Shown here piece after piece: positions 37,414-45,650 of a stretch of DNA of 64,000 nucleotides. Each line of letters begins with the position of its first letter. Positions within the stretch are counted from its first letter, which is position 1. The stretch spans positions 1,793 through 65,792 of the forward strand of contig JAPYWL010000004.1 of NCBI GenBank assembly GCA_028276365.1. Direction: 5' to 3'. The notes beneath the pieces were generated by a model. It saw only the letters and a program-made list of their open reading frames with translations. It was not told the DNA's origin and made no database searches. Source of the DNA: Deltaproteobacteria bacterium. Lineage in GTDB: Bacteria > DRYD01. The translations under genes were made by a program, and so were the position numbers.

Positions 37414-39852
37414 ATGAAGGGTATTAAAAAAAAATTAAATATATTTAAATTGTTGATAATATTATTTTTAGTAAATTTTGTTTTGAATTTTTTGAGTTTT
37501 AGAGTTTATGCAATAGATATAAAAGAAATGGAAAATAAAAGTGATTATGAGCTTTATAATATAGCAGCTGAGTATTTTAATAAAGGAAATGATCAGGAAG
37601 CTTTTAAAGTAGTAAAATATTTGTTAGAGAATAAGAATCCAAAAAATAGGGAAGCTTTATATCTTTTGATAGAGATTTTAATAAGGAATATAAATAATTT
37701 TCCTGAAGATAAGAGAAAAGATATATTTTATCAGATAATAGAAAAAGCTAATTGGATAAATGATAATATAGATTATTATGATTATAAAGCGTATTATTAT
37801 AAAGGATGGGCTTTTTATAATTTAGGGGACTTAGCTACTGCTGAAAGAAATTTTAAAGAATCTTTAAAATATTATGCCAATTATTTACCTTCTTTATATT
37901 ATTTATCTAAGATTTATTTAGATAAGAATGACTTAGAAAATGCTAGTAAAATTATTGAAAGGATATTAAATATACAGTCTAATAATATTAATTTTAAAAA
38001 ATTATATTTTGAGTTGTTAATAAAACAAAATAAATTTGATGAAGCTATAGATTATTTTTATTCTGAGCTTAGTAATTTAAATGATGAAAATATATATTAT
38101 CTATTAGCGTTATCTTATTATAATAAAAATGAATTTCCACAAGCTTTAAATTATATCGATAAATCATTAAATATAAAACCTAATGATAATGATTATCTTA
38201 AACTAAAGGTAAAAATATTATTTAAATTAAGAAATTATAAAAATGCAGAAGAAATAATTAATAATTATTTTAAAGATACCATGGATGAAGAAATAAAAAA
38301 TATATATAGCAATATTCAGGTAATAAAGAAACAAAAGGTATATATTTTAATTGCTGTTTTGTTAGGTTTATTAGTTGTGATAATAGGTGTATATTTTTAT
38401 TCTAAAAGTTATAAAGAAAGTAGGTATAAGAGATATTTACGGGAGCAAAAAGCTAGTTATATAGAAAAGGTATCTAAAAAAGCGGAGAATTTGGAATTAT
38501 TAACAGGTTATGCGTATGATTTTTTAGCTAAGTTTTTAGAAGTTCCTAAAATTGGAATCTATATTGTTGATAGTAAGAAAGATAATACACTATATAGTTA
38601 TGTAAATAATATTTCAGAGGATTTACCTGTTGCATTCTATGTTTTTACTAAATATTCTACGTGGTTAAATGAAGGTGCTAATAAACCATTTAGTATTTAT
38701 CAAATTCAAGAAGATCCTACTATGAGCGAATATTTTGGGGGTAAAAATTTAATTAATTTTAAAAAATTAGGAGTAAAAGTAATTATACCTGCTGTTTCTA
38801 GAGGAGCTTTACAAGCGTTAATTTTATTAGCTGATGGTAAAGAAGAAAGTGCGTTTTTTGAAAATATAAAACAGAAAAAGGATTTATTGAGTGATATAGT
38901 TGAAGAATTTGCTAATGATATTATGTCTACCAGGTTTAAGGAGGCAGCTATATTAGATGAACTAACTCGTCTTTATAATAGACGTTATATGCTACAAAAA
39001 TTAGAAGAAGAAATTTCTAAAGCTAATCAAACTAAATCCAAGTTATCTTTTATTTTATGTGATATAGATAATTTTAAGAAATTTAATGATACTTATGGGC
39101 ATCAAGTAGGTGATGAGGTTTTAAGAGTTGTTGCTAAGGTTTTTAAAGAGTCCTCTAGAGCAGATTTTGATATACCTTTTAGGTATGGTGGGGAAGAAAT
39201 TGGATTAATTTTACCAAATACTGATTCAGAAAAAGCTTTTCAAATTGCTGAGAGAATACGAATGAATGTTTCTTCTAAAAAATTCGAAGGGGTTCCTACT
39301 ATTATTACTATTTCTATTGGATTAGCTACTTATCCTGATCATGCATTAGATGTAGAATCTCTAATAAAAGAAGCGGATGAAGCTTTATATTATTCTAAAA
39401 AAACTGGAAAAAATAAAACTACTATTGCTGGGGTTAAAGTTTTATTAAATGAATCTAATTTAAGTAATCAGCAATTACAGGATTTATCTAAAATTGGCAA
39501 TGATAAATTTAGTGATAAACCTAGTGATAAATCTTTTACAGATGCTAATTTGAAAAAGGAATTTAAATTACCTGCATTTTGTTATTCTTATGAAGATTTT
39601 ATAGATTATTATAATAATCTAAAATCGAATATTTCTAATATTAAATTAGTTTCTATAATATCTGACTTAGATAATTATGAGAAAATTTTATATGATGTAC
39701 ATTTTAATTTATTATTAACTGAGAGTGTTTCTGCTAAACTTATTGGCAATAATGAAGTTGAAATAAAAATTTTATTAGTAGAAAGATCAGAAAAAGAAAT
39801 TCAAGATTTGATTAATTCTGTTCAAAGTAAATTTAATGTTAAAATTAGCTGA
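37414..39852 (+). CDS. TPR-repeat / TM / sensor-like / GGDEF-domain protein (diguanylate cyclase family)
   Basis: Signal-like N-terminus, TPR-like repeats over aa 40-290, and a TM helix (VYILIAVLLGLLVVIIGVYFY). GGDEF domain motifs are LTRLYNRRY, DIDNFKKFNDTYGHQVGD and RYGGEEIGLIL. A tail of about 170 aa follows. Confidence 0.88.
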   Translation: MKGIKKKLNIFKLLIILFLVNFVLNFLSFRVYAIDIKEMENKSDYELYNIAAEYFNKGNDQEAFKVVKYLLENKNPKNREALYLLIEILIRNINNFPEDKRKDIFYQIIEKANWINDNIDYYDYKAYYYKGWAFYNLGDLATAERNFKESLKYYANYLPSLYYLSKIYLDKNDLENASKIIERILNIQSNNINFKKLYFELLIKQNKFDEAIDYFYSELSNLNDENIYYLLALSYYNKNEFPQALNYIDKSLNIKPNDNDYLKLKVKILFKLRNYKNAEEIINNYFKDTMDEEIKNIYSNIQVIKKQKVYILIAVLLGLLVVIIGVYFYSKSYKESRYKRYLREQKASYIEKVSKKAENLELLTGYAYDFLAKFLEVPKIGIYIVDSKKDNTLYSYVNNISEDLPVAFYVFTKYSTWLNEGANKPFSIYQIQEDPTMSEYFGGKNLINFKKLGVKVIIPAVSRGALQALILLADGKEESAFFENIKQKKDLLSDIVEEFANDIMSTRFKEAAILDELTRLYNRRYMLQKLEEEISKANQTKSKLSFILCDIDNFKKFNDTYGHQVGDEVLRVVAKVFKESSRADFDIPFRYGGEEIGLILPNTDSEKAFQIAERIRMNVSSKKFEGVPTIITISIGLATYPDHALDVESLIKEADEALYYSKKTGKNKTTIAGVKVLLNESNLSNQQLQDLSKIGNDKFSDKPSDKSFTDANLKKEFKLPAFCYSYEDFIDYYNNLKSNISNIKLVSIISDLDNYEKILYDVHFNLLLTESVSAKLIGNNEVEIKILLVERSEKEIQDLINSVQSKFNVKIS

Positions 39853-39915
39853 ATTCTATTAATCTGCTTTGTTAATTTAGTAAAAGAAATAAAATAAATT
39901 CTAAAAAAGTAAAAA

Positions 39916-40290
39916 ATGAGTGAATTAATTAATTTTTCTAGAAAATATCAAAGGGAATTAGCTATTATAAATTTATTTCAGATTATTTTTTATAAAAGTG
40001 ATTTTGTTTTTGAATTTTTAGATAATTACTTTAAGAATTTACTAAATAGATATATGATTAATAAAGTGGATATTGATTTAAAGATTTGGAACATGGTAAG
40101 ATATACTGATTTTAGTATTTTAAATGAATTAGAGAAAGCTTTGTTGATTTTATTTTTTTTGGAAACTTTATATTCTGATTTGGATGATAAAATTATTTTA
40201 TCTATTTATGTTAATTTATCTATAAAATATTGTAGGAGAAATTTTAATAAGCTTATACCAGTTTTTTTAGATAAAATAAAAAATGGGTAA
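39916..40290 (+). CDS. Possible divergent NusB-like antitermination factor
   Basis: The N-terminus RKYQRELAIINLFQ resembles RRkARElAlQaLYq. The C-terminus ELEKALLILFFLETLY...KIILSIYVNLSIKYCRRNFNKLIPVFLDKI resembles veRaILRlavyEL...vaINEAVeLAK..FVNGVLdki. This is pattern-level similarity only. Confidence 0.4.
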   Translation: MSELINFSRKYQRELAIINLFQIIFYKSDFVFEFLDNYFKNLLNRYMINKVDIDLKIWNMVRYTDFSILNELEKALLILFFLETLYSDLDDKIILSIYVNLSIKYCRRNFNKLIPVFLDKIKNG

Positions 40291-42349
40291 ATTTTTAGTT
40301 TTTATTTATAATATTTTTGTAAATTTTGTTAAGTTTTTAATTTTATTGGTTTTATTAATTTTATTGTTTGGGATTTCATTTCTAGTAGGTATTATAATGG
40401 AAGCAAAGAAAGAGTTGCCTGATGTTAGTTCTATAAGAAATAGGGTACCTGTTATGACTTCTGAAATTTTTGCTTCAGATGGTACTAAAGTAGCAAAATT
40501 ATTTATAGAGAATAGATATTGGGTTAGTATTAAGGATATTCCTATTACTGTTAAGAATTGTTTGGTGGCAGCTGAAGATGAGAGATTTTATTATCATAAA
40601 GGTGTAGATATTATTGCTGTAATTAGGGGGATTATTAGTATATTAATGAATAAGGAAATAACTCAAGGGTCTAGTACTATTACTCAACAGTTGGCTAGGA
40701 TTTTGTTTTTAAGTCCAGAGATTAGTATCAAAAGGAAAATAAAAGAAGCATTAATAGCTAATGAATTAGAGAAATATTTCTCTAAGGATGAGATAATGGA
40801 ATTATATTTAAATTTGGTTTATTTTGGGGAAGGGGCTTATGGGATTGAAGCTGCTTCTAGAGTTTATTTTGCTAAAAGTTCTAAAGATTTGAATTATCCT
40901 GAAGCGGCATTAATTATTGGGCTTCTTCCTGCTCCCTCTTCTTATAATCCTTATATTAATTTTAAAGTAGCTAAGGAAAGACAATTATATGTTTTAAGAA
41001 AATTACTTGAGTTAAATTACATTTCTAAGCAGCAGTACGATGAATATATTAATTACCCTATTAATCTAAAGAAGGAAAAATTGGAAGAACAAAATATTCT
41101 TTATCCTTATTATACTAATTTTGTTATTCAAAATTTTCAAAAACTAACTAATAATAAAATAAATTATGAAGATCTTAAAACTCAAGGATTAAAAGTATAT
41201 ATAGCTTTAGATCCTAAGCTACAGGAAGCTGTTGAAAAGATGGTGAAAAAAGAAATAGATAAAAATCGAGATTTGTATAATGTTCATCAGGCAGCAGTTG
41301 TATTGATAGAGAATTACACGGGTAGAGTTATCTCTGTCATTGGTGGTTATGAATATAGAATTAATGATCAATTTAATAGGTTTTATCAGGCTTTTAGGCA
41401 GCCAGGATCTACTTTTAAGATATTTGTTTATACTGCTGCTTTAATGAATGGCTTTGATATTAACTCTATTGTTGATGATAAAGTTTATACATATATTGGT
41501 TCTGATGGTAAGCCGTATTCTCCTGTTAATTGGGATGGTAAATATTGGGGAACACTTACTTTAGCTGATGCTTTTGCATTTTCTAGGAATACTGTAGCAG
41601 TTTATTTAGCTAATTCAGTAGGAATTAATAAGGTTATAGAGATAGCTTATAAGATGGGGATAAAATCTAAGTTAGAACCTTATTTATCTACTGCTTTGGG
41701 GTCTTCAGTTGTGTCTCCTTTAGAAATGGCTGTTGCTGTTTCTACTATTGCTAATAATGGTCAATATATTGAGCCTGTTTTTATTGAAAAAGTTTTAGAT
41801 AAATATGGAGGAATTATTTTTATAAATTCTAATAATTCTAAATTAGAGAATCAGGTTATTCCTTATGATATTGCTCAAAAGATGAAGTATTTAATGAAGC
41901 AAGTTGTTGATAGAGGTACAGGTACTAATGCCAAAATATCAGGAATTGATGTTTATGGTAAAACTGGTACTACAAGTGATCATAGGGATGCTTGGTTTGT
42001 TGGATTTACTGATGATTTTACTTGTGTTGTTTGGGTTGGTAATGATGATTATTCTAAATTAAATCAGGTTTATGGAGCTACTTTACCTGCTTTATTATTT
42101 AAATATACTATTGAATTAGCTTATAAATATCATAAACCATCTGATAAAATTAAGAATATTAAATCTAAGATACTTAAAAAAACTGCTACTACTTTAGATA
42201 CCAATAGAAATGTAAATAATAATGAAATTACTTATGATAGTAAAACACATGAAAATGAACAGACTTTAAATTCAAAAACTACGGAAAAAACTATAAATAC
42301 TACAACTGTTGATTATAATACTTTTCCCTGGGAAAATACTACTAATTAA
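40283..42349 (+). CDS. mrcA: Penicillin-binding protein 1A (bifunctional GT51 glycosyltransferase / transpeptidase)
   Basis: GT51 motifs are AAEDERFYYHKGVD, GSSTITQQLAR and RKIKEALIANELE. Transpeptidase motifs are GSTFK, SRN and KTGTT. Confidence 0.92.
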   Translation: MGKFLVFIYNIFVNFVKFLILLVLLILLFGISFLVGIIMEAKKELPDVSSIRNRVPVMTSEIFASDGTKVAKLFIENRYWVSIKDIPITVKNCLVAAEDERFYYHKGVDIIAVIRGIISILMNKEITQGSSTITQQLARILFLSPEISIKRKIKEALIANELEKYFSKDEIMELYLNLVYFGEGAYGIEAASRVYFAKSSKDLNYPEAALIIGLLPAPSSYNPYINFKVAKERQLYVLRKLLELNYISKQQYDEYINYPINLKKEKLEEQNILYPYYTNFVIQNFQKLTNNKINYEDLKTQGLKVYIALDPKLQEAVEKMVKKEIDKNRDLYNVHQAAVVLIENYTGRVISVIGGYEYRINDQFNRFYQAFRQPGSTFKIFVYTAALMNGFDINSIVDDKVYTYIGSDGKPYSPVNWDGKYWGTLTLADAFAFSRNTVAVYLANSVGINKVIEIAYKMGIKSKLEPYLSTALGSSVVSPLEMAVAVSTIANNGQYIEPVFIEKVLDKYGGIIFINSNNSKLENQVIPYDIAQKMKYLMKQVVDRGTGTNAKISGIDVYGKTGTTSDHRDAWFVGFTDDFTCVVWVGNDDYSKLNQVYGATLPALLFKYTIELAYKYHKPSDKIKNIKSKILKKTATTLDTNRNVNNNEITYDSKTHENEQTLNSKTTEKTINTTTVDYNTFPWENTTN

Positions 42350-42449
42350 TAAGAAATTTTAAGTATTTTTATAGAAGGTTTTAATTTTTTTTGTGTAGAA
42401 TTCTTTTAATAGCAATTAAAATCTATTTTATTTAGGAAGGAGTGAAGAA

Positions 42450-43346
42450 ATGGGTATATTAGTTAATAAGGATACAAGAATAATAGTTCAAGGGATAACA
42501 GGGAAGGAAGGTAGTTTTCATACTAAGCAAATGTTAGATTATAAAGCTAATATAGTAGCGGGTGTTACTCCTTATAAGGGGGGCCAGGAGTTTTTAGGAA
42601 TTCCTGTTTATAATACGGTTTCTGAAGCTGTAAGAGAAAAGGGGAAGATAGATGCAACTGTTATTTTTGTGCCTCCTAAATTAGCTCCTAATAGTATAAT
42701 AGAAGCTATATTAAATGGTATAAAAATAATTGTGGTAATAACAGAAGGTATTAAGCAGCATGATATGTTAAAAGTTCATTATTATTTAAAGAGATCTGAT
42801 TCAATAATGATAGGTCCAAATTGTCCAGGTATTGCTACTGCTGGACAAACTAAATTAGGGATTATTCCTAATAATGTATTAGAGCCTGGGATAGTTGGTT
42901 TAGTTTCAAGGAGTGGTACTATTTCTTATGAGATTTTAAAATTATTAAAAGATCATAAATTAGGGCAAACTACAGCAATAGGTTTAGGGGGGGATCCATT
43001 AATTGGTTTAAGATTTAAGGAAGCTTTGGAGATGTTTTTAAATGATTCTGAAACAAAAGCTGTTGTTATGGTTGGAGAAATTGGGGGGACTGATGAAGAA
43101 GAAGCTGCACCAATTGTTAAAAAGTTAGTGGAGAATAATAAACCTGTAGTTTGTTTTATTGCGGGTAAGAATTCGCCTGAAGGTAAGAGGATGGGGCATG
43201 CTGGGGCTATTATTATGGGGAAATCTGGGAAACCTGAATATAAAATAAGTGCATTAAAGCAAGCGGGAGCTATTATTAGTGATACTATTCAAGAAATACC
43301 TATTATCTTAAAAAAAGAGTTATCTAAAGTTAAATTAGAAAACTAA
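42450..43346 (+). CDS. sucD: Succinate--CoA ligase (ADP/GDP-forming) subunit alpha
   Basis: Motifs VQGITGKEGSFHTKQMLDY, GPNCPGI, SRSGT and phosphohistidine loop MGHAGAII. Confidence 0.92.
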   Translation: MGILVNKDTRIIVQGITGKEGSFHTKQMLDYKANIVAGVTPYKGGQEFLGIPVYNTVSEAVREKGKIDATVIFVPPKLAPNSIIEAILNGIKIIVVITEGIKQHDMLKVHYYLKRSDSIMIGPNCPGIATAGQTKLGIIPNNVLEPGIVGLVSRSGTISYEILKLLKDHKLGQTTAIGLGGDPLIGLRFKEALEMFLNDSETKAVVMVGEIGGTDEEEAAPIVKKLVENNKPVVCFIAGKNSPEGKRMGHAGAIIMGKSGKPEYKISALKQAGAIISDTIQEIPIILKKELSKVKLEN

Positions 43347-43352
43347 TTTTTA

Positions 43353-45092
43353 ATGAAAGTTTTTAATTTTTTTAGATTTAATTTTTTTAGATTTGGTAAG
43401 AAAATAGTTAATAAGGTTGTATTTTTTTTATTATTATTTTGTTTTAGTTTTGGAATTTCTTATTCTTATGAGGTTAAAGTTGTTTATTTTTATGAGGAGG
43501 GTAATTATTTTGTTTTTTATTATCCTAATTCTTTGAAGTTATTTGTGGATATTAATAGTGGATATGTTATAAAACCTGAGGATCAAGAGGTAAAAATAAA
43601 TTTTGTTTCATATATTCTAAATACAAAGACTTTTATAAGTAGGGATGAGGATACTTTTACTAAGCTTTACTTAATAAAAAAAGCTATCGGATTTAATTTT
43701 GATGATATCCAACCTAACAATGTAGATTATTATTCTTGGTCTAATCTAACTTATAAGTATTTAATAATTTTTTTGAAAAATGTTGAAAATTCTATTACTA
43801 TAAGTATTCCTTCTTGGGAAAATTTAAATGAAAATGATAAAAGAGATATAATAGAGAAATATAGATTAGTTTTTGGGACTTCTTTTAATGAACCAAGATA
43901 TCTACCTTATGAGGTTATTTTTAAAAAAGATATTAAATATTATCAGTCTAAAAATCTGGTAAATGATAGTATTTATAGTACTGATACCTTGTATAATACT
44001 GAGAATACTTTATATAATACTGAAAAAAATTTATCTACTGATATATATAACAAAAGTGATAATACTAGTGATAATACTACTAATTTGCCTACATTTAATA
44101 CCTTTAGTAATGTTAAAAATAATAACTTAAATCGGAATTCTAATAATAATTTGATTTCTTTTATTTACGAGAATAAATTTATTATCATTTTTATTTTTCT
44201 TTTATTTTTCCTTTTAATTACGTTGTTTGCGGGATACTTTGTTGTTAAGAAATATTTATTTGCTTCTAGTAAAATTAATAAAGGAATTGATTTAGATAAT
44301 GATAGTTATAAAAAGGATTTAAATGAAGTAAAGGATTTGGATAAAGTTAATGAAGGAGGAAGTAATCTTGATAAAATTTTAGAAAAGAAGATAGAAGAGA
44401 TAATTGATCAAAAGTTATCTAATTTTGAACAAAAAGTAATGGAAAAATTAAATTCATATGTTTCAGAATTAAATAAAAAGGTGGATAGTATTGAAAGTAG
44501 TTATTTAAATTTGCCAATTAATAAAGGGGAAAAGGATAGTGAATTTGATTTGAGGGCTAATAATAATACTATAGATCAAGGTTTTGATAATGATTTAGGT
44601 AAGTCAAAGAAATTGGATCCTGAAAATCTTGAGATTTTTATGTTTAAAGTAGATAATATTATTTCTAAACTAAAGTTTTTAGAAAATTATAAGGATTATA
44701 ATATTAATGATAAAGCTACTAAAATAATTTTTAAATTACAAGAATTGAAGTCAAAGATTAGAGCTTCTAAATCAATTAATATGGCTTTTTGGGAAGATAT
44801 TGCTAAGAATGATATAATTGATCTCATTTCTCTTTTAGATAGATATTTAGCTTCAATTGATTATAATCCTAATATATCAAAGATTAGGGGAGAATTACTT
44901 AATGCTTTTGACTTAGAAGAGATAGAAGTTATTGTAGGTAGTACTAAGGTTAATATAATTGAGCACAAAGTTGAGGCATATTCTAGAAATCCAAGTGTTC
45001 CTAATGGAATTATAACAGATTTAAAGGAAAAGGGGTATAAATATAGAGGAATAGTTTTAAAAAGAGCAAAAGTTATAGAAAATAGGGTATAG
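43353..45092 (+). CDS. Bitopic membrane protein with a cytoplasmic coiled coil and a GrpE-like C-terminal beta-domain
   Basis: Signal/anchor segment VVFFLLLFCFSFGISYS and a second TM helix FIIIFIFLLFFLLITLFAGYFVV. The C-terminus FDLEEIEVIVGSTKVNIIEHKVEAYSRNPSVPNGIITDLKEKGYKYRGIVLKRAKVIEN parallels the GrpE C-terminus (FG.e.I...g..FDP..HeA.......g.v..v.qKGY.l.gRvlRpA.V.V). Confidence 0.55.
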   Translation: MKVFNFFRFNFFRFGKKIVNKVVFFLLLFCFSFGISYSYEVKVVYFYEEGNYFVFYYPNSLKLFVDINSGYVIKPEDQEVKINFVSYILNTKTFISRDEDTFTKLYLIKKAIGFNFDDIQPNNVDYYSWSNLTYKYLIIFLKNVENSITISIPSWENLNENDKRDIIEKYRLVFGTSFNEPRYLPYEVIFKKDIKYYQSKNLVNDSIYSTDTLYNTENTLYNTEKNLSTDIYNKSDNTSDNTTNLPTFNTFSNVKNNNLNRNSNNNLISFIYENKFIIIFIFLLFFLLITLFAGYFVVKKYLFASSKINKGIDLDNDSYKKDLNEVKDLDKVNEGGSNLDKILEKKIEEIIDQKLSNFEQKVMEKLNSYVSELNKKVDSIESSYLNLPINKGEKDSEFDLRANNNTIDQGFDNDLGKSKKLDPENLEIFMFKVDNIISKLKFLENYKDYNINDKATKIIFKLQELKSKIRASKSINMAFWEDIAKNDIIDLISLLDRYLASIDYNPNISKIRGELLNAFDLEEIEVIVGSTKVNIIEHKVEAYSRNPSVPNGIITDLKEKGYKYRGIVLKRAKVIENRV

Positions 45093-45136
45093 ATATGGAT
45101 AAGTACCGCCTGCTGAGGGGTATCCATATCTGTTTT
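45091..45136 (+). terminator. Candidate intrinsic terminator of the 43353..45092 gene
   Basis: Perfect 11-bp stem: AGATATGGATA (45091-45101) pairs with TATCCATATCT (45121-45131). The loop is 19 nt and is followed by GTTTT. The loop is large and the T-run short, so confidence is moderate only. Confidence 0.45.
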
Positions 45137-45197
45137 AAGGCGGTTAATAAATACCTCAGCCTAAAGTGTTTATATACACTTTAGAGATAAAAAAGTT

Positions 45198-45494
45198 ATG
45201 CAGTTTAATAAGAATTTATTAAATCAGGTACAGAATATGGCTAATAAATTACAGCAGGAAATGGCTAATGAAAAATATGAAGGACAAGCTGGTAATGGAA
45301 AAGTTAAAGTAGTTGTTAGTGGATTACAAGAGGTTATTTCTATCAGTATTGATGATGAGTTGTTAAAAGATGATAAGACATTATTAGAGGATTTGTTAGT
45401 TGTTGCTTTAAATGATGCTCTAAATAAATCTAAGGAAGCTGGTAATAACGCTATAGCTAAATTACTTGGTAATATGAATTTAAATTTATTTTAA
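45198..45494 (+). CDS. ybaB: YbaB/EbfC family nucleoid-associated protein
   Basis: 98 aa. GQAGNGKVKVVVSGLQEVISISIDDELLKDDKTLLEDLLVVALNDAL matches the YbaB consensus. No recR follows it. Confidence 0.9.
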   Translation: MQFNKNLLNQVQNMANKLQQEMANEKYEGQAGNGKVKVVVSGLQEVISISIDDELLKDDKTLLEDLLVVALNDALNKSKEAGNNAIAKLLGNMNLNLF

Positions 45495-45650
45495 ATTTAT
45501 TTTAATTTTATTTATTTTGATCTTAAGGAAAGTTGCTATCTTTAAGGATATATTTTTTAGAAATTAATATAATGTAGAGTCAATTAATGGTATTTCAAAG
45601 TATTTTTTTGGGTATTAAAAAGTATTTGTTGGGTAAGTGAGTGATTATAA

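Noticed and set aside
44861-45127. Minus-strand 88-aa ORF overlapping the 3' end of the GrpE-like gene and the structured spacer.
   Set aside because: It is antisense to a supported CDS. Its start lies inside the hairpin element, and it has no motif or SD.
45091-45184. Considered whether the GC-enriched structured spacer is a tRNA or an SRP (4.5S) RNA. The small RNA scr lies near dnaX/ybaB in Bacillus.
   Set aside because: There is no cloverleaf and no T-loop (GTTCRA) sequence. I also could not find the SRP domain IV signatures (GNRA tetraloop flanked by AGCA / GGAA-type loops). It is kept only as an unclassified structured element.
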